Below are positions 28,401-41,584 of a stretch of DNA of 64,000 bases, piece after piece (position 1 is the stretch's first letter; every line of letters starts with the position of its first letter). The DNA is from Eledone cirrhosa. Lineage: Eukaryota. The stretch covers positions 201,748,001 through 201,812,000 of the forward strand of contig OZ024741.1 of NCBI GenBank assembly GCA_964016885.1, in the 5' to 3' direction. A program made the translations under genes and the position numbers. Under the pieces are notes generated by a model. That model saw nothing but the letters and a program-made list of their open reading frames with translations, had not been told where the DNA came from and did no database searches.

Positions 28401-31314
28401 TCTTAATGCTTAACATCCTGTAATTATTTAGCAAATAATATCTAAATATGGGTTTGTTAATTCAAATGTGTATAATATCTGTACGAGTGAACAGATCATT
28501 GTGAAAATTTGCAGAATTAGAAGAAAAACTTTTAATTTTGAATGTGATGCAGTTGTAGGGCTTTTTTATACTTTTCAAGAATGTCTTGCTAATGCAGTTT
28601 TATGCAGTACAGGACATAAAAAGTTAATATTTATAATTGGATTACGACACTAGCCTTATCTTTCTTGAATTTAACCCTTTTGTAACTGTATTTCTAATGA
28701 AATTCACTCTATTTCAATTAATTAATGAAGAATTTCTAGGGGTTAACTAAATGTATTAATTCATTACAAAGATAGTAATTGAACATGATTCTTATATAAA
28801 AAAAATATGTTCGAAGATTTTAATTTAAATAAAAACTGTGTGGTAGGTGAAAATGTGTTAAGTGTAGTTGGTGGAATGTATGAATAGAGGAATATGGCTA
28901 AAGAAGATATGGTAAGCAGTGGTGAGGTTACTTCTTAGCTTCATAAAGAGGCTGAAAGAACAAGACAATTGACAATATGGTATATTTCAAAGCTATTCAA
29001 TTCATACCAGCATAGAGAAACAGACATTAACCCTTTCATGACTATATTCCTAGTGAAATATACTCTATTTAATATTTTAATTAAGAATTTTGAGGGGGTT
29101 TACTAAAATTATAAATTATTTATTACTAAGATGATAACATTTGGTTCTTATAAAAATGTGTCGGAAGGTTTTAATTTAAATAAGAACCCTTTAAAATAGT
29201 GGTCTTGTTTCTTAGAGCCAGTTTTGGCTGGGTTGGTATCAAAAGGGTGGGGGAAAGCATATAATGTATCAAGATATTTTCATTTTGTTTTTAGTTTTCT
29301 TTTAAAATCCTAAACTTTTATTGTTTTTTGCAGGAGAGACTTTACCAGTTGTGAATGTTACACAGTTGGAGAAGGAATCAATTCTAGTTTGCTACGATAG
29401 TAAGTGTTGCTTTATCACTAACAGTTCTTCATTACTTCCATCCTATAACTACTTGCATCATTAAAAGTGCTGGTGCCATGACAAAAAGCACCCAGCCCAC
29501 TTTGTAATGAGACGGTGCTGATGCCACAATTGAAAGCACTCGTCAACCCTGTGAGGTGGTTGTTTGTGTCACAATAGGAAGCAGCCAGTACAAGTTGTGA
29601 GGTGGTAGTGTCTGTACCATGATAGGAACCCAGTACAAACTGTAAGGTGGTAGTGTCTATACTATGATAGAAGGAACCCAGTACAAACTGTAAAGTGGTA
29701 GTGCTGGTGTCATGCCAAGAAATACTCAATCTAGCCTGTAAGGTGCCAGAGTCATGATCAAATACTCTAGTATATGCTGTAAAGTGGTTGGCATTAGGAT
29801 GGGCATCCAGCCATAGAAACCTTGGCAAAAATGGACCATATGTACTAAATGTGGTCACCTGACCTGTTTAGCCTCAGAAGGTGACTATCTGTCTAACTCA
29901 CTAACCCATGCAAACAGAAAATAGACATAAAATGATGATTCCTTTTTATATTTATTATACTCATTGGGGTCTTTATATGTTATACTCTTTATGGGGTCTT
30001 TTTTTGAGATAATGTTTTATGGCCAAATGCCAATCTTGGTGCCAGCTTTTTTAGACCCCTCTTATGACATGCTGAGATAAAGTGCACCTATTCTAAACCA
30101 GATACACATGAAATTGAAAGGAAGTGGTGCAAGTATGGGAATTGACATGATTTATGTGAGTAAGACATGGGTGATGAACATGGAGTGGTACAGAAGGCTG
30201 GAAAGAACAGAAATGAGAACAGTCTGAAAGAGAGAAAGACAAACAATGAATTGCAGAGTATGATGGAAATGGAACCTGTGATGAATGTTGTGAAAAGAAA
30301 TGAAATGAGATGGTTGTGTCATATGTTGAGGAAGAATTAAAGTGATTGAGTGAGAAGAGTGATGACAATGAATGTGGAAGAAAATATACAAAGGGAAAAA
30401 CTCAGAAAGACATGGGTAAAGATGATGGATGAAGAAATGAAAGCCTGGAGGTTGGTAAGGATGGATGCAGATGATAGGGCAACATGGAAAAACTTTGCCG
30501 TGGGGCCTGCATGGTTAACCATACCTTAAAAAACTTGTGTATTTTTCTTTATATTTGTTGAACTTCTAACCAAGATAAACTATGCTGCTCCTACTTCTCA
30601 GCTTAGTAGTTAGCAATAAGATTGGTATCCAAATGAAAACTGTTTACTCTGACAATTTACAAATCTCCAAATATTGTGGGAAATCCCCTATCCCATGCTA
30701 AAGTGGCAATAAGCCAGCAATAAAAATTATTTTTCAAGAAATGTTGTATGTATCTTGTGTATTTAGATTTGTTTTCCAACTATCTCTTCTGGTATAATAT
30801 TGTTTCATTTGTGAAGGCAATATCTGAAAGTTATAATATATATTCTAGATCTTCCTTATGTTACAAATTAAATGTATGGATACTATTAACCTTTTCCTTA
30901 CCATGTTTCCAATAAAAGACACTGCCTATTATTTTCAAATAAATTTGAAAATAATCAAGCATTATAAAGATGGTATTGTAGAACCAGGGGTAGTTCCAGG
31001 CAGTTTTTGTATCAAAAGGTTTAACTCTATACCTTTAGTGCCTCTTCAACAGTCTTACTTTAAAGTATAAATGGTTTCTGCTTGTTGCTTTGATAAATTT
31101 TATATTTTCCTCAAAATTTTAATTTTATTCAGAATATGTCAAGGTTGTGAATATGACTGGGAAATTAAAAGCTAGTCGACGGCGAGCAGCTGAACTGCAT
31201 TTTGACTTTCCTGTGGAATCTTTAAGTAAGACAACTAAAATTACTACAAATCATTCAAGGAATTTTCCAATTTAAAGCATTTTAAAGAGTTTCTTTGTAT
31301 TTTTATTTATGTAG

Positions 31315-31345
<31 letters not shown>

Positions 31346-34300
31346 CTAATTTTAAGATAAATACAATACTTTAAATATAAGGAATATTGCTACTGATTTT
31401 AAACATATGCAATTCCATGGTATGTAAATGTTTGATAGATTCTAAAGAAGCATTATTCTAGATAGAAGTTCAGAATTTTATATAGAGATATCTTCAATCT
31501 ACTAACACTGTCATACCACATTGTTCTCTTATATAATCAATCTCTTTTGTCCTCACCAACTATGGACACTTACATTAAATTCACCTACACCTATAACTTG
31601 CTGTATATATATATTTCATCTACATGTAACTTAGAAGGTACAAATTTTGAATTCATTTTTATTCATTTTATCTCCCTCGTCTCTCTTTCTAAATTCTAAC
31701 ATATAGTTATTCAAATTAGTTCTTAACTGCAATAATACCTTTACAAAATCATGATAGTCATAGTAAATATGATCATGTGTTTTACAAATTTCTAAATTTT
31801 GTCAATTTGTCTTTACACATTCTATTACGCATTTTTTAGGGTTTAATTATTCATTTCTGTTTTCCTTAAATATTTCTTTTTATAGTTTGTTTACAGGATA
31901 GTGTTCTTGCATTTCACAAACATGGCATGCAAGGTAGGAGTTTCAAGGCTAATGAGGTATGTGAACACTTATTTTAAGTTATTATTAAGGATTAATGGTT
32001 CATTATTACCTAGGATGAACAACTTTCACTGTAATCAACATTTATCACCTTAATAATTTTGACCATTTAGAAAATGTATATTTCTGCTAAAATTGTTGAC
32101 TAGGTAAGTTGTTTAACGTTTCATTCAAATTGTTTGTCATTAATAGATTAAGAAATGTATACATGTACTATAGGAGAAAAGCCAAAATGACATCTCAAAA
32201 ACTAAACTTGCTCTTTAGAACCTGAGGAAAATTTCAAGACAGAACAGTTGCTTATTCTCTACAAGGCCTTCATTTAAACTACATTAGAATATTGTTGACT
32301 CATCTAAGATTAAGCAGTAGCTACTCACCCACACACACTAACATTTTAGATCACATCCAAAACATGCTGATTAATTAGTATACTACATCCACTAACTCAC
32401 TGATATGGTGTACCTCTTCTAATATAATTTCTCTTTCTTTGAATCAGGGAGCTGTTGACCATTATTATCAACATCTTTCTCTTCCTCCTCATCATCATTT
32501 AATGTCTCTTTTTCCTGCTAGCAGGGAAAACAGACAGCACAATCAGTAGTCAAACAGAACCTCTTACTTCCATGTTGGTTGGGAGCTTGAAATACGACCC
32601 CACACACTACCAAGTGCCTTTTATCATGGTGCCAACACTAGGGAAGTTATCATATCTTTGACATATCTGAAGAGTCTTCCCGACCATTTGTTTGATAGGT
32701 TTTCTATGGTGGGATGCCCTTCCTTTCACTAATCACTTTACAGTGTGTACCAGATGCTCTAATTCTAGCAAGACCCATGTGAACACCTGCCTCTCTCTCT
32801 TCTATCACCCCAACTCTGTCTCACCTTTAAACCCTACACAAAACACTTCACTCGGGATTGCAACCAACTGGAACTTCCTCTCTACTTGTTTTTCCAACAA
32901 GTATTAACTTCCAGTAATTCAATTAGACCGCAATTGCTATCTTTTAGTTTTTATCGATCTCTCTACTGTACCATTCCACCAACGTGGCACCTTACATCTA
33001 GCTAGAACATTACTCCATCCTTAAATACAGTGAGTGGCTCATAGAAGCTTCAAATTATCCTCTATATTATAAATTTCATCTTCACTTCCTTCTCGTCATA
33101 GGCATCACACCTGGCTAAGTTATCTTTCAGCTTCCACACCATATTTCTCTGTATTCTCTTGGATATCTGAGTCCATCTAGCTCTTATCCCGGAGTCATTG
33201 ATCATTAGTTTATGTTGAGCAATACATTCCTCATTAATGAATACTTCAGTGTTCACTACCAATTGGTTAGGTGACTGACTGGTTTTCTGAAGTTAGTGTT
33301 GCAAATGCTTAGATCATTTGCATCATCATGTTGCCCAATATGGCCATTAACCTTCTGGAGGCTGCAGGTGTATTCAGGCGTCGAGCGTAATCTTCCCCTG
33401 TAGCTGCAGGTGCATTTTGTTGCCTTGAAGACTCTTTATCAAAAAATAATGTGTCAAAACTTATTTCTGGTATTTTAACCTGGTAACAACATACTTTCGA
33501 TTCAGGACGAGTTTAAACTTCTATTTTCCCTCATTTTAAATTTTTGTTCGTGTGAAGAAGTTTGTTTTGATTTTTGAAAATGGCGACTACTGTGAAAGAT
33601 ATTTTGACAAAGAAATTTTTATGGACACTGATTAGGATGATGATTTTTTAGGATTTACACAAGCTTATATTGATGGTGAAACAGTGGATTATGATCAGTG
33701 ACAACAACGATGCTCTGGAAAAAAAATATACCTAGTGGATACGGTGATCCTTGGCTGATGGATTTTCCCAAAGAAGTGCCTGATGGCATTTCCAAAGGCC
33801 AACTCTTACGCCTGTTTCTTACAGATGAAATAATTTCATTACTTGTTAATGAAACAAATAAATATGCCAGCCAGGTGAAAGTAATGAGAGGTGCACATGT
33901 TGGTTCTCATTCCTGTCACCAGGTTAAAATACCAGAAATAACCTTTGACATATTTTTTGACAAAGGGTTTTCAAGGTGACAAAATGCACCTGTAGCTACA
34001 GGAGGAGATTACTCTATGGTGCATGAAGTCGCCAATGGCATGCTAAAGGTTAAAGAAGCAACAAGGTCTTAAATAAAGAAAACTATATAAAACCTGTACA
34101 TAGTCCAATATTATCATCATTTCCCTTAAGAATTGTTTGTCCATTGTTGCCTATAATATATTTAATGTGTTCTTTTTCAGGTAACTCAAGAGATATGTGA
34201 CAAAACCAGAATATTTAAATTACTTGGTTCTGATAGGTAAGCTCATTAAGGTGTTTTATATTTATAGGGAAATGTTTTTGTTGTTGTTTGAATCACCTCA

Positions 34301-37300
34301 CGTCAATTGCACCCTGAATCCATTTCACATCATCATCATTTTACGTGCGCTTTTCCCTGCTTGCAAGGGTGGGATGGGTCCTATTCAGCACAGCATCTCT
34401 CCACTTGTCACGGTCCTTCGTCATCTCCGCCGTGAACTTCAGCGATCTGAGGTCTGCTCTCACCACCTCTGCCCATGTTTTTCGTGGTCTACCTCTACTA
34501 CATCTTCCTTCAACTGGCATTTCTTGGTACTTCTTCACCCATAGGTCATCCTCCATATGCATCACATGTCCATACCATCGCAGTCTCCTCTCCCACACAA
34601 TACAAGGAGATATGAATATATTTAGGGGTTGCACGGTTTGGTGCCTTTTTTAATGCTCTGTCTAAAATATGCAAACAATTTACTTCAACACTTGTTGATT
34701 GTAGCCAGGCTGTATTTTTTGTCCATATTCAACTGTGTACACGGAAGAGATAATTCTCCCATTTATAGGATCCTAAATGAACCAAATACTTAAACTAAGT
34801 ATGTAGAAATAATTTTACATCGGTGATTTGTTTTCATTTGTGTTCATACAAAGAAGAAATATTTGATATCGTGTTAGTGAGGTGACCTTTTCGATATTTG
34901 TTTTGATTAGTTCAGTGCTGGTTTTGTTTGCCAGTAGTAAACACGCTGGTTTTCATCAACTTCTATCCATTGTTATGAAGTTACAAAATAATTTTCTTCT
35001 CTTTTGCTTTTCATAGCCTGAATGGCTTCCAGAAATGTGAGAACCCAAAGGCTCATTAAAATAAAATCTCATTCACAGAGAATAAGAAAATGAAACCAGA
35101 AAGACCATTTGGCTTCTTGAGAGAAAGTTTGAGGGGCAGTTACTTCAAACTCAACTCCCCTCCAAACAACAAGTGCTCTTGTGTTTTCTCTACCATCACA
35201 TCAAACTTGGGGAGACAATTTCTGTTGCTGTAACAAACACTAGCCAGAAGATTCAGAAAGTGTGGAGAAAAGCAAATACCCCTACCAAAATAGAAAAAAA
35301 ACATCCACACTTCAATAGAGAAATTCTATAAGGCGTATTATGGGCGAAAAAAAGAAAAGTCTAGGATGACTGAATTGCAGTGTGAAATTTGGAAAGGTGA
35401 TTTTGAGGAAATTTTTGACATTGCAAGCCAAGACGTTCTCGAACAAAAGGATGTCCCATCTGAAGGCAAAGCTTTCCTTGAGACATAGAGGGAAGATCAG
35501 ATGTCTTCATTCCTGGCTGGTGTTGATACAGAACATGTGAGAGCCATTTAGAAGGAAAAGAAGATTCATGGTCTGAAAGTAAGAGAGAGCAGGATGAAGA
35601 AACCAAGATGTCCAAGAAAGTAGCTCTTGAAAGTTTGTCATCCAACTCAGCTACTAATGATAAGGAGGAGGATATGATGAAATCTTCAAGTCAGCACCTC
35701 CCCAAAAATCACAGTGAATAAAGCTAACTCTTGATGCCACGTGGGAATAGGAGAAACTATCAGTATGACAAACAAGTACTTCTTACATCGCAATTGCGAA
35801 GAGTCTTGGTCACAATGTTTCCCCCTCAACTGTTTATCGAGCGAAAACCAGTCACCATGAGAAGATGGCTCAAGAAAACAAGTTATCCACTTTCCCACCA
35901 GAAGACATTCATTGAGGTGGAGAGTTATTACTATCCACTTCCTAATCCATCACACTTGAAGATTGGATTGTAGTTTTAATTACAGGAAAAGGAAAGGAGG
36001 AGCTCTTAGGTATTCTGATTGCAAGAGACAAAACTGGACAACAAATCGCTGAAGTTGTTTTGAAGGAAATTCAACAACTCAAAATTGAGAATAGAATAAT
36101 TGGTATGTCCTAACACTGGCATGCACCAAGGAGCCAATACAGACATTGAAGCAGCTCTGAAAAAATCCCTTTTGTGGCTGCCTTGGAAAAAAATCAAGAT
36201 CTTTTTCCCATCATCTGGTCCCCAAAAGTTCCAGAAGCATTGGGACTCCATTGATAAGTCTCATATCAAACTATCCTGGACGATGATGAGCCTATGGTCT
36301 ATGAAAGATTTTTACAAGCAAAAGAGGGAGGAGAAGGTTGAATATCTACTGGCTGTACTGCTTTCGGTAGACTAAAGTTTATAAAGCTCTCCCATCTCCA
36401 TCTTGGTGTTTGGCCATCTCCCCAGTTCTCCTTGTCGGTCCCAGGAGCTTACCATCAGGCTCATTAGATGGCATTTGATCAAGAACAGCTTAAGCTTACA
36501 CCATATGAGTCAAGTGATCTAGAAAAATTTGTTTCCAATTATAAAATTCATTCATAAAAAATGTTTCTCTCTTCAACCCTAAAATTATTGTGTATTTAGA
36601 ACGCTTTCTTTCTGCTTATTTTTATTTCAGCAAGTTTCCCCCAGAAGACAAGGGGAGTAGTTTCTGGTAATAAATTTCATCAATAAAAAGTGTTTCTCTA
36701 TTTAATCCCAATATCATTGTGTATTTAAAATATTCCTCCTCCTTATTTTCATTTTATTTTGTTCTGTTGTGTGGTTTTCTCATTGTATTCAGTAAAGTGA
36801 ACAGAAAGAACTATCATTATACCACAGGCCATGTCAAAAAAAAATTGTCATAAATAAAAAGATGTGAAAATGTGCAACACCTAAATATTATTCGATCCAC
36901 CTATAATTTGGTATACTTCATTATTTCATCAATTGATGAGATATGAGATGATTGACAAGTAGTTTGCAAAATGGAACACCCTAATACTCATTTCCTTTTA
37001 AAAAATTGTTTTGGATGATATAATTGTTTCTACTTTAGGCACAAGGCCAGCAATTACCCAGTGCATTACTGGTACTTTATTTTATCGACCCCGTGAGGAT
37101 GAAAGGCAAAGTCAACCTCGGCGGGATTTGAACTCAGATCATAAAGGGACGTAACTATGCTGGAAAGCATGGCGTCCGACCCTCTACCGATACTGCCAAT
37201 CCACCGCCCTTTGGATGATATAATGTTTTGGATGATATAATGTTTCAAGAAAACTTATTTTTAAATATTATAAAAACATGTAATTATCAGTTTTTAATTT

Positions 37301-37416
37301 TTTTCCTTTTTTTTCTTTTTTTTTTTAGAGTAATTATATTAGAAAGTCGACCAACTGACCAGCCTGATTCAATGTCCAATCTTTATGTGTTGGCTGGCCA
37401 TGAGAACACCTATTAG
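10549..37416 (+). CDS. MAP4K3: MAP4K3/MAP4K5-like (GCK-I, happyhour) kinase: 3' 14 coding exons, proline-rich linker plus CNH domain
   Basis: join(10549-10854,11708-11758,20098-20182,20942-21021,22978-23038,25815-25920,26212-26374,26508-26608,28252-28328,29334-29399,31133-31225,31886-31956,34181-34236,37329-37416). All introns GT-AG with consistent phase; 1404 nt. Peptide [24 protein letters not shown]...[19 protein letters not shown]...LESRPTD...[13 protein letters not shown] matches the MAP4K3/5 C-terminus as I recall it. Probably a co-orthologue of the vertebrate paralogues. Confidence 0.95.
11351..11570. mobile_element. piggyBac-like MITE family 1
   Basis: TTAA|ccctttagcattta...taaatgctaaaggg|TTAA; close copy of 8921-9123. 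Confidence 0.9.
11708..11758 (+). CDS. MAP4K3: MAP4K3/5-like exon [17 protein letters not shown]
   Basis: tttttag| ... |gtaagt. Confidence 0.95.
11857..12550. mobile_element. piggyBac-like MITE family 2, interrupted by a Helitron
   Basis: Left end TTAA|cccttttgatacc; degenerate right end tggtaaccaaaatg|ttaa. Relatives near 13371, 28675, 29031-29248 and 30890-31024. Confidence 0.65.
12083..12532 (-). mobile_element. Non-autonomous Helitron family A, complete (450 bp)
   Basis: 5' A|TCTAAACTATAATAAAG; 3' hairpin then CTAG|T; no TSD. Confidence 0.85.
14617..14825 (+). mobile_element. tRNA-derived SINE (Nin-like) inside a small hAT-like MITE (about 14527-14927)
   Basis: B-box gttcaaattcc; core tttgcctttcatcc..ggggtcgataaa; TSD attataactggtgaaaat. 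Confidence 0.75.
15508..16156 (+). mobile_element. Non-autonomous Helitron family B
   Basis: A|TCTATATATATAAAA, a 5' microsatellite, 3' hairpin cccgtgcaacgccggg, then CTAG|T. Confidence 0.85.
17203..18660 (-). mobile_element. 5'-truncated RTE LINE with an intact C-terminal RT ORF (17704-18660) containing a PHD finger
   Basis: [48 protein letters not shown]; (GAT)n tail; ~113-bp tandem duplication in the 3'UTR. Confidence 0.95.
18788..18848 (+). ncRNA. Type I hammerhead-like fold, core variant CAGAAGA
   Basis: 10-bp stem I attaaagttt/aaactttaat; CAGAAGA; short stem II; GAAA; stem III agca/tgct; CUU site. Confidence 0.55.
20098..20182 (+). CDS. MAP4K3: MAP4K3/5-like exon [28 protein letters not shown]
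   Basis: ttctag| ... |gtttgt; start of CNH domain. Confidence 0.95.
20942..21021 (+). CDS. MAP4K3: MAP4K3/5-like exon [27 protein letters not shown]
   Basis: cttcag| ... |gtaagt. Confidence 0.95.
22978..23038 (+). CDS. MAP4K3: MAP4K3/5-like exon [20 protein letters not shown]
   Basis: ttctag| ... |gtacgt. Confidence 0.93.
24215..24720 (-). mobile_element. Decayed RTE-type LINE 3' fragment
   Basis: Homologous by eye to 41585-42030, 46720-47300, 51630-52160 and 54970-55320 ([20 protein letters not shown]). Confidence 0.75.
25815..25920 (+). CDS. MAP4K3: MAP4K3/5-like exon [35 protein letters not shown]
   Basis: ttccag| ... |gtaaga. Confidence 0.93.
26212..26374 (+). CDS. MAP4K3: MAP4K3/5-like exon [33 protein letters not shown]...LLK
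   Basis: tttcag| ... |gttagt. Confidence 0.95.
26508..26608 (+). CDS. MAP4K3: MAP4K3/5-like exon [34 protein letters not shown]
   Basis: ttgcag| ... |gtgaga. Confidence 0.95.
28252..28328 (+). CDS. MAP4K3: MAP4K3/5-like exon [21 protein letters not shown](GNFS)
   Basis: ttacag|; two in-phase donors, after 28316 and after 28328. Confidence 0.88.
29334..29399 (+). CDS. MAP4K3: MAP4K3/5-like exon [21 protein letters not shown]
   Basis: ttgcag| ... |gtaagt. Confidence 0.95.
29465..29940 (+). repeat. Degenerate ~45-bp tandem array followed by a SINE/RTE-type 3' tail
   Basis: Repeated gtg(c/t)tggtgcca..cccagtaca..tgtaa units, then ggcattaggatgggcatccagcc and aatgatgat. Confidence 0.65.
31133..31225 (+). 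CDS. MAP4K3: MAP4K3/5-like exon [30 protein letters not shown]
   Basis: attcag| ... |gtaaga. Confidence 0.95.
31886..31956 (+). CDS. MAP4K3: MAP4K3/5-like exon [23 protein letters not shown]
   Basis: ttatag| ... |gtatgt. Confidence 0.95.
33351..34049 (+). mobile_element. Internally deleted piggyBac element
   Basis: TTAA|cctt...aagg|TTAA; ~30-bp subterminal inverted repeats (33391-33420 / 33979-34008); transposase remnant [21 protein letters not shown]. Confidence 0.8.
34181..34236 (+). CDS. MAP4K3: MAP4K3/5-like exon [19 protein letters not shown]
   Basis: tttcag| ... |gtaagc. Confidence 0.95.
34328..34605 (-). mobile_element. RTE LINE 3' fragment
   Basis: [30 protein letters not shown]; (GAT)n tail. 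Confidence 0.85.
34623..36883 (+). mobile_element. Decayed hATm-like DNA transposon in the last intron
   Basis: TIRs taggggttgcac / gtgcaacaccta; imperfect TSD aatatatt / aatattatt; remnants [21 protein letters not shown] and PGAYHQAH resemble hATm transposase motifs (recalled). Confidence 0.65.
37025..37208 (-). mobile_element. tRNA-derived SINE (Nin-like), young copy
   Basis: A-box tggcagtatcgg, B-box gttcaaatccc; TSD tttggatgatataat. Confidence 0.85.
37329..37416 (+). CDS. MAP4K3: MAP4K3/5-like last coding exon [28 protein letters not shown]
   Basis: Long polypyrimidine tract plus AG; conserved C-terminus; TAG stop. Confidence 0.96.
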
Positions 37417-40400
37417 AGGCTATTGCTAATAATCTACTATCTCCTGTATCTACCCCACTACTCACATCACTGCCTACCTGCCATTGAGTAATGTTGAAGA
37501 AAAGAGAAATAAATTTGGTCATTTTCATTATTTTAATCTGAAAAAAAGAAAATAAAGGATTATTTCCAATATTCACTTAATCTTTCAAGTGCAACTATTT
37601 CTGCAATAAGAGTGTTGCAATGGTAGCTTGTAGTACTACTATATTAGTAATACTTCAACCTTCCTCTGGTTAAACTAGTTGTCTGAGAAACACCCAGGTT
37701 GTCCAACTGTATTGTCATTATTGCTCCACCATTGTGGCATGCTTTATTTCCAGCTTTCTGTTATCCATGTTAGTCAGTTCAGGCTGTATGCTAATAATGG
37801 AGTGTCTTTAACCAAGTTATCAACTTTACCGATGGACACATTTCACTGTGATGAAACATTTTAAAGATTTTGGCAATAATAACTTTACAGTAATTATGAG
37901 AATACAGAGGGACTCAATCAGATAGTTACAATTTCAGAAAGTCTAAAACAAATTTGATGGATAGTTTAAAGTTTAACTAGTAACAATCCAATTTTTCATA
38001 TATTTATTTACTTTGTTTTGTTTTGTTTTGTTTTTTAATAATTAACTTTAGAAGTGTTCCATCATCCAAATGTCTTAGTTGCATGTTTGGAGTAAAAAAT
38101 AAACATTGTACATTTGCCCTTAAATAAATTTTCCTTCCAATTTTCTTTTTCCTCCCCAAATTATATTTTTCATGTCAAGGTTCTGAAAAAAATGTGCCTT
38201 GAGACTGACCAGTGCTTACCTATTGTCTTTGGTTAACCTTATATTCTTTAGATATAAGCAGTTTTGTATCATTTTAATGAGAATTTATAAAGTTCTCCAC
38301 AACATAAGTTAGAATATATTTTCCAACCTCTAATTATATTGTTTGTTTCTTAGTGTATGTAATTTTCAAACTGCTTTTATATACTCGTTCTTATGTGGGT
38401 TGTTTCCTTGAACTAGTTTCCTAGGTTAGCATTTATTTATTTATTTTATTTTGTTGAAAATACAAATGTGAAATTGGCCCAATTTTCAAGTTTAAGTATA
38501 AAGATATAAATATATATTACAGTTACACAGTATGTGGAATTATTACAATATTCTATAGATAATTAGAGCCACTATTTTTATAAGTTGAAATTGTAAAAAT
38601 ATTGTTATTTAGTCTATTTATCATGCTTGGCATGATAAAGTCTATTTTCTTGCCATTTGGTAATGTATTTCTGTTTTCTGAAAGCATTATATTTTTGTTA
38701 ATATGGCTTCCAAAATAGTTGATAAAATCATACTTTGCTGTTCATTTAGCTTGCCTAATTACAGCTAAATATTGATTTAATTATTAAGGGTTTTACAATG
38801 AAATAGCTCACTTACTTAAAATAAACTTCAGCTACCATGTCTCTTTTTATGAATTGTGTATCAATGAAATAGTTAACTTCTTGAAATATTAAATATTTTG
38901 TTTTATGCCATTAGAGCTTTTTAGCTGATGAATCCTTTTTAAATAATACAAGTCAGCATGATCAGGAAAGAAAGTATTAAACTAAGTGTAATCTTTTTGT
39001 TTTACTTGAAACGTAATGCTTTGTTTGTACAGCAAGTCTTTATCTCTGTAGTATGAGAAAGACAAGTTGTTATCTATCTCATCTGTTTATATCCTATACA
39101 TATACTTCCCAAATTGGACATCTCTTTATATACCGTTGACATTTCTAACAGCCAAATTAAGGAGAGTGGAATGAGATATTTAAAAGTAAGGCATTTTATC
39201 ATTTATCATACACATACATATACACATAAACTTTAAATGTCTAAATACTATATAAATTGATTGCAAAACTCTCAAGACAGACCGTATGCTTGTGTTTCGT
39301 AATCTGTTTTCTTTTATAAATTATTACTCCTTTATTTTGATTTCTATACTCATTGCAGCAAAGAAAAATTATGTTGGCTAAGAAACAAAATGCCTTGGAT
39401 TTAGATATATTGTTATTAAATATAGTGCCAAGTTCTTAAAAACATTTAATCTTGTAAGATGACAGAATTTGTTGATTTAATATAGATGTTTATGGTAAAG
39501 TTGTTCAGTTAAAAACTGACTTTACTTTTGGTTGAGTGGAACTTTGATCTGAAATTTCAAAGCTTCTATTCATAAATGCATCATTACCACACCACCATCC
39601 GTGTATGTTAAAAGTAACAGGAATTAATTGGTTGGGGACATCATATTTGTTTTGAAACCATTTTGTTACAGTATTTTCAGAATTGTTTTAAAAAATGCCA
39701 TCCATTTATAATTTTATTAACTTATCGTTTTTGACATGTTTTTCTTTAAAAATAATGAAAAAAAACCAGTTAAGTCGAAGAATATTTAGTTTTAAAGTAA
39801 AAATCAATCATTACATAGTTAAACATTTCAAGTTAATTAGTTTTCATAAAAACGCTCTTGTATTTTGAAACTAAACAAAGTTTTTTTTAAGAATATAACT
39901 GTATATTGAAAGTTTTTCAATGAGAAGGCAATCCGAATAATTTAGATATTGTAAAATATCAGTCAACCAAGTTTCTTTTAATTACATTTTCTTTATAATT
40001 TTTCGTTCCCTTATAAAATATGAATCCTTTATAGAAACCAGATTACACAGAAAATTTGAATTTTAAAGATTTCTTTTCTGCATATTTCTTCAATGGTTTT
40101 CACTAGCTGCTGTTATAGATACAAAATCTTCTGATGAACATTTTCACTGTTAAGGTTTTAAAAGACAATCAATAAGCAGTATTTAGTTAATTTTTTTTTT
40201 TTTTTTTATTCGTTCCTAAGATAGTTTCTTGGGATAGTTCTCACATTTTTATAAAATATATTTAAGTGTTCCTGAAACAATTTGTTTTGGGTAACCCCAA
40301 GCTCATCATATGTGATAAATAAGGCTCTTTAACATACAGCTTTGTCAGTGATCTGCCAAATGCTTTGTGCCTCATACAATGAACATTAAATATTTTTTTC

Positions 40401-41313
40401 TGAAACCATTCAATATTACTTTTCTACATATATGAAATGTTCTATATCATATTGGTATTGCTTGGGTTAATTTTGTTAAGGTTATGCCCTTCTCTTGATA
40501 TCTACTTAGATTCCTTCTCCATCAGTATTTTAATCTTTATCTGAAGCAAATCTTTTCTGGTCACTAGAATTCAGAAGATTTTGTATAGTTGGATGCTTGA
40601 AAATTTCCCCTTGATGGGCAGTGTAATAAAATCATACTTCAATGAAAGTTATTTGCAGAAGTATTGTGTTAAAGTTACTTTGGAAGCTTATTATTTTTGT
40701 TCACGCTGTTGTATATTATTTTGAATGACAGTTATATTTTTTAATCTTAAAAACAATACAAAAAAAAACAAGATGGGGAAAAACTATTATCAGTTATATA
40801 TTACTTAGCAAGGATAACCCACTGTTTCCTTCTGAAAGGTTATGACTGAAGCCCCACCTCTCTTCAATAAATCATACTTTTTATGAGACATGGTGAAAAG
40901 TGCTTGTTTCCAGAAATGATTGATAACCCTAATTCTTATTTATAACAATTCTAGAGCTTCTACTTCTATGGGACAATTTAGCTGTTGACATCTCAACTCT
41001 TTGTAACTCAACTAAACAGCTATTTCACTTTTTTGTTTTTGTTTTTCTCACATACCATAAGTATTTGTTTTTGTTTTTTTAACTTCCTAGTCATCTTTCA
41101 CATTCCTAAAAAACAAAAAAAAATGTCCTGTCTGTTAATCAAAAAAGTTGTTGAAAATCTAAAGAATGTTAAATCTAGCTGACCTGCTACTTTGCTTGTT
41201 TGTATTTATTTCTGACATTACCATTTTGTAATTTACTCTTGTTTCTTCCACTTTCCACCTCCGTTCCCATCATCTCAATAAGCTATCAACTCTAGCCACC
41301 ATTTATACTTTTC

Positions 41314-41355
<42 letters not shown>

Positions 41356-41470
41356 TGTTTTCATTATTATCATTATTGATATTGATTTTTTTTTTTACTA
41401 TTGTAAAACTTTTTTTTTTTAAATGCATTATGTAAAAACCTGTTTTAATAAAGAAGAGAAGAAAAAGAAA
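37417..41470 (+). other. Putative long 3'UTR
   Basis: About 4 kb, AT-rich, no TEs recognised; several AATAAA hexamers, a distal one at 41447-41452. Confidence 0.5.
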
Positions 41471-41584
41471 TTATTTTATAGTTTCCATTTCCTGCTGAAT
41501 TTAGAATGTTTTCTCCTTGCAGCAATCATTGCAAATCATCAGAAGAAACCCTGTAGTAAATTTATCTTTTCTCTACTTCTTTGC

